Source: Catajapyx aquilonaris (Eukaryota). Taken from it: a DNA stretch of 64,000 bases. This document shows, piece after piece, positions 29,093-42,300 of this stretch. The stretch is taken from positions 62,001 to 126,000 of the forward strand of contig JYFJ02000741.1 of the NCBI GenBank assembly GCA_000934665.2. The letters run 5' to 3'. The position numbers were made by a program, and so were the translations under genes. The notes under the pieces were generated by a model. The model had not been told where the DNA came from, did not search any database, and saw only the letters and a program-made list of their open reading frames with translations. The first letter of the stretch is position 1. Every line of letters starts with the position of its first letter.

Positions 29093-31885
29093 TGCACTGG
29101 ATCCTCCAGTATAAAATTTATAGGCAGGTAACAGTACTAAATTGGGTCCCTTGAAGGTTCCTTGGTAATGAGAAGTGAGACTGACAACAATCCCAATTAG
29201 AATCGCATCGGGTTTGTCACCCTCATTTCCCGCTGCCCACTGAGCAAAGGTCTACTCCAATCACGCCAGTCTTGGTTCAGAACAGTGACAAGTTTGCTTC
29301 GGATAAAACCTGATTTTTCACCCAATAATAAATTGCGTTATGTTATCGCGACCTATTAAGGTTGAGTCCTCTCTTAACTACTGGAGGGGATGTCCTTACA
29401 TCGTGGATTACATCTGAGCACACGACGGTTTAAGTAAACGTACAAAAGCCCACCCGCGGTGATTTACACGAGCCTAAACTTAACGCGTGGGAAAAGGAAG
29501 AATAAAACCACCTGTTGTGTGGTAGGCAGATTTGGCGTCCCATTGAGGCAAGTGCAGCTTGGACCCGCCCTATATCCCCCTGATATATGGATATGGAGTG
29601 AGACATGGCACAAGGAGGAGTGAATAGAGCTCCTGGCTCGAATTGGGGCTATGCCAGGGCTCAATTCTATGGCTTCGTTCTGGCGGAATGTGCTAGGCCC
29701 CTGAGTCTAGGGAAAGGGGGAGGGGGGAAAAAGGGGGAGGTCTGCCTTACCCTATTTTCACACCTTTTTTGAGAAGAGGGGCGTGGGGGACTTCTCAAAA
29801 CGGGAAGAATGGGATGGAATATATAGTGTGGAGAAATTCCTTGCCTCCTGAGAGATGAAAAGTAGTGGAGATTTTGCATGCAACCCTGGGATTTGGGAGG
29901 GGAATCGTCTCACGAAAGATCTGTACACACGTCGTGCTGTGTGCTAAAAGTATCGATTGTTTGCTGGAGAAGAGTACAAATTGATGCTGAAAATGTGAAG
30001 ATCTAAAAGATATGAGGGCTTAGTACACTCTTCCTCAAATCTGAATAAAGATGTTTCATGCGAATTGGCGGAATTAAAACCGCAACACAAAAGTTTGGTC
30101 TGGTTCAAATAAGTGGGTGCAACTGCAGCTGGAGGAATAAGAAGAAGCCTTCCCCGCAATGACTAATTGGCTCGTGAAATGGAGATTTAGGGAGACGGAT
30201 AAGAAAAGGACGAGAAGAGAAGGAGGAGGGAGAAATTTGCATTCAAGTCGTCGCCAGACTCTTCTACTTTCTGCTGCTGCATCTAGAATAAATGGCATCC
30301 ACCAAGGAAAATTTTAGCATGAGCTTGATATACGAGCGGGTATTTCCCTCGCGGCGACAAATTCTATTAACATGGCCATGACATGTTTACGGCTCAAACG
30401 GTCGCGGTCATATTAATGCCGAATAAAGTTGAATATTTTCTGATCCAACCTGAACAGTAACAGGTCTGCAACTGTATAAAGTGTGCACTCTACACACCTC
30501 GAGATAATCCCTTACCCTTTCAAGATAGACTTGTTTATAGCGCTAGTCCTATCAGATCCAACAATTCCTACTCGATAGCGTCGGATCATTAATACCGACT
30601 CCTTCGGGCTCGTTTGGGACAAAAGCTTGTTAATTCTAAGTCGTAAACCGGATTACGATAAGGGTCCCCATTATTGGAATCGACACCGTTGTCAGAAGAG
30701 CGATCGTTGTCTTCTCTAGCAACAAAAGCAAGTGTGGCGGGCCCCAGCACTCTGCCGGTATAAAGATTCTTCCAGTGGAAACCTGATTAATCCAGGGCAG
30801 GACTCGAGTTTTTTTCGGTACCAGCCCGAACCCAATGTCCCGTAAAAGCCAGCCAGATGCTATTACGACCAAATCTTCATCAAAGTGTCGCCCTGCCGCA
30901 TGTTACAAGCTTAAAGATGGTCCCCGAACTTTCAGAATGGCAATGTGGGGACCCAAAATTGCGGTTAACTTTATTTCCACGACGCGCTCGGGAGAAATTT
31001 ATGCCATGAAACATGCAGCCAAATGATTTTACCCAGAATTTTATTGGCCTTTAGTGTAACTAAACTAGTTATGCGGATGAAATGAAGCAAGAATTCGATT
31101 ACCTGTACTATAAATCAGTGAGAAAAAAATCGGGGCTCAAAGTGCGTTAATGACTCTCTCTCTCTTTCCCTTCCCTCCCTTGTGCCTTTGTAACATTTCC
31201 TCTCATTCATCGTCTTAGTAATGCAATTCGGCTTCTTGGAGCTAACTGATAAAATGCGTTTATGGAGCATTTAGTAAGATTGAATTACGCAAGGCCTCGA
31301 TATCGTCGAAGCTCGCCTAATACGCTTTCCAGGTAATGCTGCCATCCGCACTTCCGCCTGCAAATTGAATTCTTTGGAAATAAAAAAATGGAGAGACTGA
31401 AAAGGGAATTACCAAGCACAGGAAGTCAAAAACCGAGTCATTCTTTCCTTTCTAGGGAAGGAGTTTTTTTGAGCGACAGACAGTGAAAGAGTCTTTCAAC
31501 ATGGAAACCAAGACGTCGAGTAACGTCGAGATTGCTATCTGGGGGAAGGTCTTGCGCTGCTCCATCGTGCGGATCGGGAGAAATTTTCAGGAGAGTTGGA
31601 GGCATATATGGATAGAAATCGTATTGTCGATAGTGAAGCCTGGAGGGAGACAGAGGCATCATTATAAAAATAGGGAAAGGCACATAGGCTTGTGCAGTAA
31701 AAGGAGCTTTACTTACCTGCAACGATACCGACTGATCATGCAACACACAATAATTGGAAGGTCCATGTACAAAAAGTACGCATATTACAGGCCACTGAGA
31801 TGCCAATAATGACTGCGTATCGTGCTAATAGTGCTAATTGCAATAGGAGCCTGCTGTTATGATGAGTAATCTACCATCCTTTTTA

Positions 31886-32363
31886 GCGTCGCCAGGAATG
31901 GTGGACATCGGCCTTGCGACTCCTGCGCCCATAAGCTACATAGGGTTTGAAGTGTAAAACAGCTGTAACTCGGTTAATTTTGATCGAATTAATTTTATTT
32001 TTCAATGTGTATGAAGGTAATAGACTCCTGCATACCCTGGTGACTCTAAAAAATTAATATTGCAATTATGTTTGGGAGATAATGGTGTCTCATTCCGCTT
32101 ATGAGGTTTTGCGTTGCATTTTGCTCTTGGGCCCGAAAAAGCTACTTTCAATTGAGATATTTCATTGATCTCAAAATGTGTATGAAATATACGATGTGTG
32201 TGACAAAATGGCTATTCCATATTTAAGATTGGTCCACAAAGTAGTGAGATCCTGGTGTCTCTTTCCGTCAGAGAACTCTGGTTCATCCCGTACAAATGAT
32301 CGTCCGCCTCCTATCGGTGGTAATATGAAACACTGGCAGAATGTCCACCATTCCTGGCGACGG
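31886..32363. mobile_element. Tc1/mariner- or pogo-type MITE, 478 bp
   Basis: Perfect 22-bp inverted repeat CGTCGCCAGGAATGGTGGACAT (31887-31908) / ATGTCCACCATTCCTGGCGACG (32341-32362), 22/23 including the terminal base. TA on both sides (31884-85, 32364-65). AT-rich interior with no transposase ORF. Confidence 0.85.
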
Positions 32364-35300
32364 TAGATATGCCTTATTTTCCTCTAGTTGCATCGCAGGT
32401 GTTGAGATATTAGATGAATGTTGTTACCGACATGACGTTGTTTTAAATTGAGTTTGCCTTGCAGAGAGGCAAGAAGATTTGAGGCCCAAAAGTCTACTTC
32501 TTAATTCATTAATATCCAATCATACTTTTGGAAACAGTGTATAAACGCGAACGCAGTTCTTATTAATTATTCGACAGGATTAGACTCCATTCTTGCAATT
32601 TTTATAGTATAGATGCAGTGTAGTAGAGGCAAAAAGTCAGAAGGCTTCGGAGAATAAAGCAAAAAAAGTACTCAAGTTTTAAGTGCAGCGTACTGTAATA
32701 TAATGAAGGTATAGGAAAGTATTACTGTATCAACATTTGGAGTTATAACATGTAGATTGGACTCGTTAGAATATACCCTGTACTGTACGAAGCTTTCAGA
32801 AAAGATTTTTAATTATTTTCAAGTCTAATATACGTGCTTCCTTCCATACCTCATAAGGCATAAAATATAGTTCAATAAAACATTTTTATAGAGATTGTTT
32901 ATTAACTTCGCTTCTTTTAGTGGCGTCCCGTTTTCCAGCCGTTAATTAAAGCCATACACTCATATTTTGTTTGCAAATTGTTACCGTAGGTAATTATAGT
33001 TGTTTATGATCAGCCCTGCTACTCAACCCTTGTCATCAACGTGCCTGTCATTCGTCAATCTTTTACTACAATGTCACTTTTAGGACGCTTCCGTATTCAT
33101 CCTTTGCAAAGTTGGCTTTATCAAATGTTCAAGATGGCCTTGGTGCATGAAATTAGATAATGTTACGACAAAATGGACTTTATTACATCAAAGCGAAAGT
33201 AGACCAGTGTCCAAAGCTGACCTAAGAGGGAATTCATACAGCGGAGTCTGGACAGCCGGAGTGACTCATGGAGGCAGGTAACATTCCAGCTCTTGAAAGG
33301 GCCCAGCAGGGACTGTGCAAATGCCTTGTTACAAGCATGGAATTCTCCAGCATTGTCTAGTGATTCATACTGATTGCCCTATATTATCTAGGACGCTCTG
33401 GTTATTAATATTCTGGAGAGTCAGCAGTGCAATTGATAAACTATTGTTTCTATCCCAGTGCAGTCACCAAGAAGTACGTAGCGCTACTCGACTTCCACCA
33501 AGTGTTTTTTTTCCATAGTGTCTCCACGGGTCTCTCCACGTGAAATTAATTTTTAAAATACTTAACCCCCACAAGCTTTTCCACAGCGTGGAGCTTAAAA
33601 TATCCAGAAAGCTAGGCATCGCTATATACAGAAGAGCAAGCCGTTTCGGGTGCTCAGAATGATCTCGTTTCTCCAGTGAAAGCAGCCCTTTTCACGCGGC
33701 ATACACTTTGACCATCTACATGCTGGTGATATTGCACTGCTCTTCAGCATGTTTGGATTGAATGGCTCGTGCTGGTGGTTTTGGCCTATCTGTTGCATTG
33801 TGTTGTGCAGTCATACTCATCATTTTTTTATATTGTGTTAAGATATAAGTTGGCATCATGCACTTGATGCTTTTAGTTTGTACAGGAACTACAGTACTTA
33901 GCTGAATTCTATCACTGGAGGGTACAGTGCGAGCAAGGTGAAGGGCCTGTAATTAGTCAGTACATGGTGAATAGCAGCACAACAGTAATGTTAAAGTGAA
34001 AAGGCGAGATTCTGCCCCGTTTTACCAGGAAGTGTCATAATATTGAACACTACAACAGGACCCTTGTTATTACTCTAAAATCAAATATTTTGCCAAAAAT
34101 GTTCACATGCTGGCATGCAAATCTGGAGTGTATGAAGCAGCTTATAGGTTTGGTTACCGTAGAAACCTGCTATATATGGACCTATGCTAACGTTTTTGTT
34201 ATTATTTTAAATCCTGCCGTTGGCCTCATCCTTTATGCACCTAATGCATTAATGTTGTGATCTTTTGAAGTCACTTTGCATGCGTCCAATTATTGAGAGT
34301 GATTCCCGCAAATAGTCTTAACAGATTAGGGTTACCATTCATCAGGTTATCGACACATGTTTTTCCCGCCATGTATAGCCGGACTTTGAATAAAGTCATT
34401 GTACCTTTTAGCTTTGATTTCTCCCTCAGTTATGCATACTCCATACATTCAACCTCTGCTGCATAATTTTATCTATAAACACTGCAATTAACTTCTCAAT
34501 TAGCAAGAGTGCGTCTCCACACAACCTGTGTGGTGCTCACACATTTCGCAATAATTCCATCAAAGAGTCTGCGATGATGTAAACCCACAGTAATATTTAT
34601 CCGCTCAGTCTGTATTTGCACTTACCATTATTATAAATGCGATCAGCAAGCATCTGGCTGGTCCTGTGAGTGTGTCCATCCCTATATTTCCGAGGGAATA
34701 AAAGGGGCGGGTCAGTGGACTGGACGCTCTGTTTGCACTCGGGCTTTTGTAGACACCGCCAGTGAATGAGCCGACGCCGGGCCAACTGGAACCGCTGTAA
34801 ACAAGTCAGCAAACACTGAATCAGAGCTTTTCCCGAAATTCCTTATTTGCCCATGGGAACAAGCCCCTAAGCATTTTAGGACTGCTCTACAGTTATGCCT
34901 CAGACTCGCAATTTTTGTATTTTCGGGGGCCTAATTCCACTCTTTGGACAAGGTCGGACTCGAGCCAAGATTTTCTACGTCTCAGAAAATTTGCATCTTC
35001 TCTTCCCAATGAGAAGAATGCCTCAATGGGAAAACGGCTTCGCCAGCATCAGGAGAAGGGTTCGAGAAAATTTACTGATCCAACCTTTCCCTGTAGAAGG
35101 AGGAGGGGAAAAGGGGGGGGGAGGGAAATTGGTTTTCTGTGAAAACAGGATGTAAATCACGGCGAGGAAAGGGGGTTTAATCCCTGGGCATGAGCCATGT
35201 CCCCGCTAGCAAATGGAATGGGGGAAGGTCTAGCTAGATCACCCCTCGACTCTAGCAGAGCCCCGGAAACATCCGTGGCTAGTTATGGCCCAGGCATATT

Positions 35301-35946
35301 TCACGGGGATGCGAGCATTTTCCAGTACCGGTAACCTCAAACCCCCTCGAAAAAAAAACTGGGGGTTTTTTGGTACTTTTTCTAACCTATGGAAGAGAAC
35401 CGAAAGTCCGCTGTGAAAACACTGATGTGGTTTGGATTTGCGACCAAAACGTGCGAGTCATTTGGGTCGGATCCAAACAAACGGCCGTTTCGGAATGCTA
35501 TTCTGGTCGGGGACTCTACACGGGTCATTCGCAGGAATTGATGGTATTGTTCTTCGGCAGGGAGGAGTCAGATGTGACGAGGCAAGTACAGGCTAGTATT
35601 GTACTGAAAATTGATAGCGAACACAGAAAATTCTGGCACTATCATGCATGTACCGGCTTGGAGACGGTACATGAATTATTACAGCGTGCAAAGAAATGTA
35701 GAAAAATATCAACACATCCCACTGATCGTGATAGCGCAGTTCGCAATGAAAAAAAAAATCACAATTTTTCCACCCCTTACCAAAGCCGCACAATTTAATT
35801 GTTGCCATCCTAGAGAGATGTCCTCAGGACTTTTCAATCTCGACGTGACAATGGAGTCCGGATTTCCCCGCTGTCAAAATGAGCGAAGGGCAGCGAAGTA
35901 GATGGGGATGAAAAGAAAATCGCACTTTTTTTCGGCCATCATCAGA

Positions 35947-35947
35947 N
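35947..35947. other. Single N (assembly gap or ambiguous base)
   Basis: 'n' in atcagancct. Continuity across this point is not guaranteed. Confidence 0.9.
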
Positions 35948-36328
35948 CCTTACCATTCAAGGTTTGGGTGCCGGGCGTATACAGCCAGGGTTCAAAAGGC
36001 GTGTCGGGGGATTGACTTATCAGCATCCAAAGAAATGCGCGTTTTTGACCCTATGCGACTCACTTTTTTTACACCCCCTTTCCGAGCGTTTTTGAGAGAA
36101 TTGGTGCGTATTTTTGGCTTTACGAACTACTTTTTCACTCCGGCGAGCACGTAACATTAATATTCGCTGGCGCTGAGATATTCACAACTCATCCTCTCAG
36201 TCAGCACCGCTCCTTTTTTGAAGCTGGAAGATTCACTCTTGCGAATTCTTTAAAGATGTTCACGAACGCCATGAAAGAAAAATGTTCACCAATTTCTCAG
36301 CAAAGAAGAATAAGTGCCCCTGCTCACA

Positions 36329-36392
36329 CCTAACCTAACCTAACCCTATCCCTAACCGAAACTAACCTAACCTAACTCTAACCCAACCAACC
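36329..36392. repeat. Degenerate (CCTAA/CCCTAA)n telomere-like tract
   Basis: Reads cctaa cctaa cctaa ccctat ccctaa ccgaa actaa cctaa cctaa ctctaa cccaa ccaa, about 12 units. Flanked by the direct repeat GCCC(C/A)TGCTCACA at 36316-36328 and 36393-36405. Confidence 0.8.
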
Positions 36393-39300
36393 GCCCATGC
36401 TCACATCTATAACCCAGATTTGTCTGAATAATTTTTTTGTTGATTTTTTACTTTTCTCTTTACGAGAAAAAAATTACGAACTAAAATAATGCCTAAAATT
36501 TAACTGTACAATATAATTATTGTCCCTTATGTAGGACTCTCGGTATTAATGAGGGCTGAGAATTCATGCCTGGACTTATGGTCATATGTGCCCATAGTAC
36601 ATGACAGATATGCCCGACACACCCGTCACTTACAGCCGGACAGCAATCGAGTTAAGACGACAACGCTGCAAATTACCTCGACCCTAGTCTATAACTAAAT
36701 CATGAAGCAAACGTTATGGTAGATATGATACGAGCCAGTCCCCGAGAAGACAGAGTAACTCGGGTAAATACAGACGTGACAAGTTGGGTAGCAGAACTTT
36801 TGGGAAGGGGGAGTTTGAGGGAGAAGATTAGAGGGGATATCTCTAATAACTTGTGACGTGCATCATTCCGCCTTGTAGAGCAGTTCATCTCCGGGGACTT
36901 ATCCCGAGTACACAGAAGCAGAAATTTGCTTCTCAGTTACCTCGGGGATGGGAGGAAAGCGAGGAAGGAATAAAGCCCCGGTGTTCATTTCCCAGGGACG
37001 ATCAAGGAACTATTTTTTTCTAGGCACTACCGCTTTCGCCAGAGGAAAGTAATCGAAATTTCCGACAAATTTATCCGCGCTCATAAATTATTCGAGGAGT
37101 AAAACATAGGGTACTGTCCTTTTTTTCACACATGCTAGGACCGTTTGGCAGAAAGTGGACACTTGGCCGAAATTTTGCAAGTAATTAAAACTAATGACAG
37201 TGCGTGTTTATTGTGCCATTCTCCCGTAAACTTGGACTGAGTACAAAGTGCCAATTATGCTAAACTTTGTTCCGCGGACCGAACGCGCTCTAAGCGTTTG
37301 CTGTTAGCGCAAATTTTGCTACTTGCGCCTACGCCCGTTCCGCGCCCAAAATGAGGCATTAAATACTGTATTAAGGCCAAGTTTCCAAAATGGCCTTGCT
37401 CTTATACTATTTCAAACTCCGGTGATCATTATAACACTGCGCTAATAGGCAGGGGGTTCTAAACGCGACGCTGTTGCCTTTTGAAAATTCTACCTCGTCC
37501 AAGCAAAATGCTCCTCGTAAATAATAGAGCGGATTCCTCCTTCAAGCCTGCAAAAGACGACTAAAGCCGCTTAAAAGATTTTTTATCTCCGCTCTTTCGA
37601 ACGTCCTTGGAATTAGTCCAACTATACAGTAGCAAGGATATTGCCAAACAACATGGAAACGAACCCTCTTTAGTAGGTGCTATCTGCAAGCTCCATTACT
37701 GTAGTGCTTGGCAATGTCAATCACGCGGTAAATTCGACAAGCCCTTCCTTTGTTACTGTAATTCACCACGGTATTCCGGCCCAGTCTCTATGCATGAAAT
37801 TTTCGGCCACATAATCACTGGAGGCCGCAAGTTAAAGTCGTGTATGTAGAAGATGTGCTGATTTAAGGCTCTTAAATCCAGTGAGATTAACACGTATCAC
37901 ATCCGGCTCATAGTTGGGTCGGAATATGAAAAGAGACTCGTCATGTGTGAAACATTTGAGCATCTTTGACTGCTTGGCAACTAATCCGAAATGGCCGGTA
38001 AAATTTCATGAAGCGAGGGCTTCCATAATTATCATCGTTGGAAACCCAAGCCTTACGCCAAGTTTTTGGGCGAGTGTAACCGGACCATTCGGCTCTGGCA
38101 TCCAATTATCTGTCCAAACTTGTCGTCGCGATTGCGGATGAAAAGACTCCATTACCTGCACGTTATATGTACTATCGGGATGGGACTGAATTATATAGTG
38201 AGGGGGGAGTGCGATTATTTATGCCTCCTTTGGGGATGCATAGGGCTAGCTTTGATCTCCCAAAGTGAATGGTATGAAAATCAATACATCCCCCCCTTCA
38301 TCTCGGGGAAGCTGTTGACTCTGTAGGAACTACTTGACTGATGCAGATTAGAGAATTATTATCGACAAACTGGGTGGGCAGACTTGGTTTGCTCAGCTTC
38401 CTGCTAAATCCAACTCTGGTGAAGTTACGTCCAGTGTCCATCTTAAAATCTAGGCACTAGTGATTAATATTGCACGTTTAGCAACATCATTATGTTGCAT
38501 AATATGCAACATCTGATAAGGCCGTTTTTTTAATTTTCAAAAATATGTAATATTGATCCCAGCAGTCACTGATATATCAACATCTGCCCATCTCTAAGAT
38601 ACAGGATATCTGGTGCTGTACCATATGGTGTAAATGTACCGTAAATTCGGGTAGTAAACCGAGAAGGCTGCTGCGGTGATACCCGGGCACAAGTTATAGC
38701 CGTTTTACATCAAGAGGGAGTCATTAGCAAGCTGCCTCTCTCCGAGTAACAAATTTTGGAGGGCTGCTTTGAATTGGTTGTAATGACGTGGCTTGTCTGA
38801 GACAAAGGACGCTTCCAGCTCAGATTCATGTGTGTGAGTCTGCGATCATTTCCTTCAGCTTCCGGCGTGTTACTTGAGGTATATATATTTTGCAGAAAGT
38901 GTATAAGGAAGAGGTTTGCTTACACAGCAGGTAGCCAATTTGTTTTGCTCGCCTGGGCCCGGAAAAGTGATGTACTTTCAATATCTCCACCTTGCGGGCT
39001 TAAAAGCGCTGGCAGGCTGCACCTGATGAAAACATTGCAGGATGAAAATAATATTATGAAAGGGGGTAGAACTTGATTGCATGAACAGGCTGCCGTATAT
39101 AAGGATTGGAGTCTATATACCATTTGCTTGAAGTGAATTAAAACCGTTGCGGATGGAATGGCATTGTCTCTGCTGCCTCCGGAGGAACTAAGCTCTTTAC
39201 CATTTGTAATAATTCTCCCTGTAATACTTTCTTACTATAGACGGCTCGGCGGATCAGTCGAGATCAAAGGTAAATCCTTGCAATAATGCCTGCCAGTTCC

Positions 39301-42300
39301 CGGAAAGCGAAATTAGCATAGGGACCTGGAGTCCTGGAAATGGATAAAACTTTGCTTTTATGTGACGTACTCGAATTCCTGAAATATTTATGCGGGATTA
39401 AATCGTGTGATATAATGTAAGACATAAGCACTATCCAGTCTATAACTAAATGATTAGAAAACCTGCACTTCATCGACGACTCTTGATGAACTTTTTAATT
39501 GCATGGAGTGAAAACAATATATCCTATTTTACTGCTGTCAGAAGCAGATTCCGTATATGTCCCGAGGCGAAAAAAATGTTTGCAATGTTTGTACAAAGCA
39601 ATGTCCGACGCAGACCTACTGTACAAATGGTTTCAGTTATTTACAGCGTAGACAGGGAGAGCGAAACTTTGTGAAGATTCGCCTCCCAATATCCAGGCTC
39701 ATATCTAGGAATATTACAGGTGTACGGCCAACTCTACAAGTCGATTATTACCCTAGAGTAATCCATTATTAATGCGATGATTAAGGAATCTTTCGGAACA
39801 GATTACCCAGACGTCGCTTGATAATAGTCCCCCTCTTCTTTTTTGGTCTGACTCTCTTATACCTTATAAAGTAGAGAAAGTGGGGTTGTTGACAGACTGA
39901 AAGGGAAAGGGGTCTGAATGGGGGTTAGGTGTTTGCGCCGCTTGTTGGGGCGGAGCCGCTTCAATTTGCAATGCCAATTAGATCAAATTGAGTTCCATCT
40001 TTGGGTAGAGGCTGGCTTTGGAACGACGTCACTTGAACCCGGGTTTTTATCTAGGGCTTCAAATGATATTCCTCTACTCTCGCCTTGGCAGTGACGGACA
40101 TCAATAGGTATATATCCTACGTGTCTGCGCAGAATTGAATCTGAGGAGGTCACAGTCTGCCCACAATGGAGTTCTCCCTCTTTTCTTCTTCGCCTTTTTT
40201 TTCTTATCCGAGACTTTGAAACTTTCTCGACGCCTACGAGAGGAGAGCCTCGGCAATATATTCCTTCCGAACCACTTGGCGTTCCAAGAACACCAAAGCG
40301 GAGAAGAAATGTAGCCCCATCCAGGTCCTCTTTTTTGTGGACCAGGTTCCGGCTTTATGATACTGAATTTTGAAGGTTGCGCTCCTTGCTTAACCTTCGC
40401 CCAATGCGGTGGAACCAAGGCCAATGGTGTTAGATTTCACAAAGTTAGAAAATGCCAATGAGAGATGAGGGGCTTAAAATTATTTGGAGTGTCGGTTTGA
40501 TTAGGCATGTGGAGAGGTGTTGTATTGAATTTCACTCGTGAGTCACTTTCCTAAAATTGCCTGTTAGGAGAGTGATCCGGATGGGGGGAAAAAAGTGATT
40601 GATCCTTCCTGGATGCTGTTGCCACGGAAGGTAATTGCCGCGTAGGATCAGTGATATGTTTTGACTGTCAGAGCCTTGGATGTTGCCTTGACTACCCAAT
40701 TCACTTCACCCGCATTTTCATAATAAAAGGAGCTCTACTTCGCAGGTTACTTTGTCCAACAATGCACCTGATGGCCTTACAGAGCGGTGCTGAAAGCTGG
40801 ATATATCGGATTACAGTGTACTGATCATTAGGACCGATAGAGTGTCGGAAAGAGCTATACGGACAGGTATAGAGCACAAGGTCGGTCCAAATGTCTGTCA
40901 AGATAGACTTTGAATGTCACGCTATTAATAATTAAGTGACTGTCTCATTTGATAGCAAGTCATTTGTTTTCATCTACTGGAATCAAGAGATTTTTTAACA
41001 TTTCGGCTAGAAGCGAGGCAGCATTTGAAACGCGAGACTTTGGAGAAAAAGGGACGTTGGAGGATTGTGAAAGCCAAGAAATCCCTTTCTTGACGCCAAG
41101 CTTTTGCCTCCGGAATTATTCATTCCGCTTCGAGGCGCAGCTCCTTTTGTGCTCAGGGGCGAGAAAAATAATGTGCATAAGATAATGGGGGCTTTGCAAC
41201 TGATATCAAGACCGGAAAGCAGCAGCTGGGTAATCAATCTTTGCAGACTGATCCGTGGCCTAAGAAGCATTGTCTTAGTAAATAGCTGTCAGGAGGGCTC
41301 AAAATGGATGGCTTGAATTACTACACGCCGTGGTTAGGATGCAAACCGTCATACACCAAAGTTTCCATGGGAAGGTACAAACCAAGTGAATATTGATGCA
41401 GGCTCTTTCGGTGGTGCTAAAATTTTTTGACTATTCCCGCCAGTCCCGCGACATTAATACTCACGTTCGGTTATCTCGGCTTTCAAAGCTCCGCAGGCTT
41501 TTTCCAGAGTTCTATGCAGTTATGGCTGAATCATTTCGAGTGCGGCTTATCTCCGAAGGAGATAAGATTTGCATAATATTATTGGTAATGTAGCCCCCTT
41601 CCCCCCATCCCACATCCCCCTGCCGCCGGAATGTAAATTATTGTCGGCGCCATTGTCCGCTCAAAGTGTGTTTGGTGTAGTTATCACTCACTGCGCTAAT
41701 CCCTTTTTAGATTAATTGGAAAGATAGGCGGAATAATTAACTCGGAAATACGTATTCCGAAGTTGGGAGTAATTCCCAAAAGTTGACACGTGCTAAAGAA
41801 ATTATCTCAGTTTTTTTCACAAAAACTCGACGAGCCATGCGATATGGTAAACACTAACAGACGACAAATAATGAAGTCAGCAATGCACAGCATGCTGCCG
41901 TGCTAATGAGTAGAAGCATATAAACAGTTCAAATCATTTTGCTCCCATTCCACTCATTATAGTCGCTCAAAGGACCGACTAAATTACAATTTTAAATACC
42001 CCCCCCCCCTCACCCTGTCCACTTTTTTCTCTATTATCCCTGCAGGCCTGTGTCACTCGCATGGTCAGTCCGGCGTACAAAATGACCTCGTTTGAACCAG
42101 CGCCAGTTAGATATTTTCAAGCCCTTAAATAATGCTTGTTAGTAGCCGTCCATAAATTTTCGTCACTTACTAAGGGATATGGAACGTGGCATATTGTGAT
42201 GTGGAGTTAAATGGTATTTGGCCTCAAGCTTTGAAACTGTAAATAAACAAGAGCTTCCTTGAATATCTCCATATTAATATTTTTAAATAAATATTTTATT

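Noticed and set aside
31711..31745. Minus-strand CAG|GTAAGT as a ratchet point
   Set aside because: No pyrimidine tract, and another AG lies ~15 nt upstream. It shows the core motif alone can arise by chance or be a plain donor.
32507..32543. Tc1-like terminus ACTTTTGGAAACAGTG|TA
   Set aside because: No partner inverted repeat found, so no element can be delimited.
35246..35266. TCGACTCTAG...CCCCGG resembling a pUC polylinker
   Set aside because: Only 10 contiguous bases match and there is no other vector sequence.
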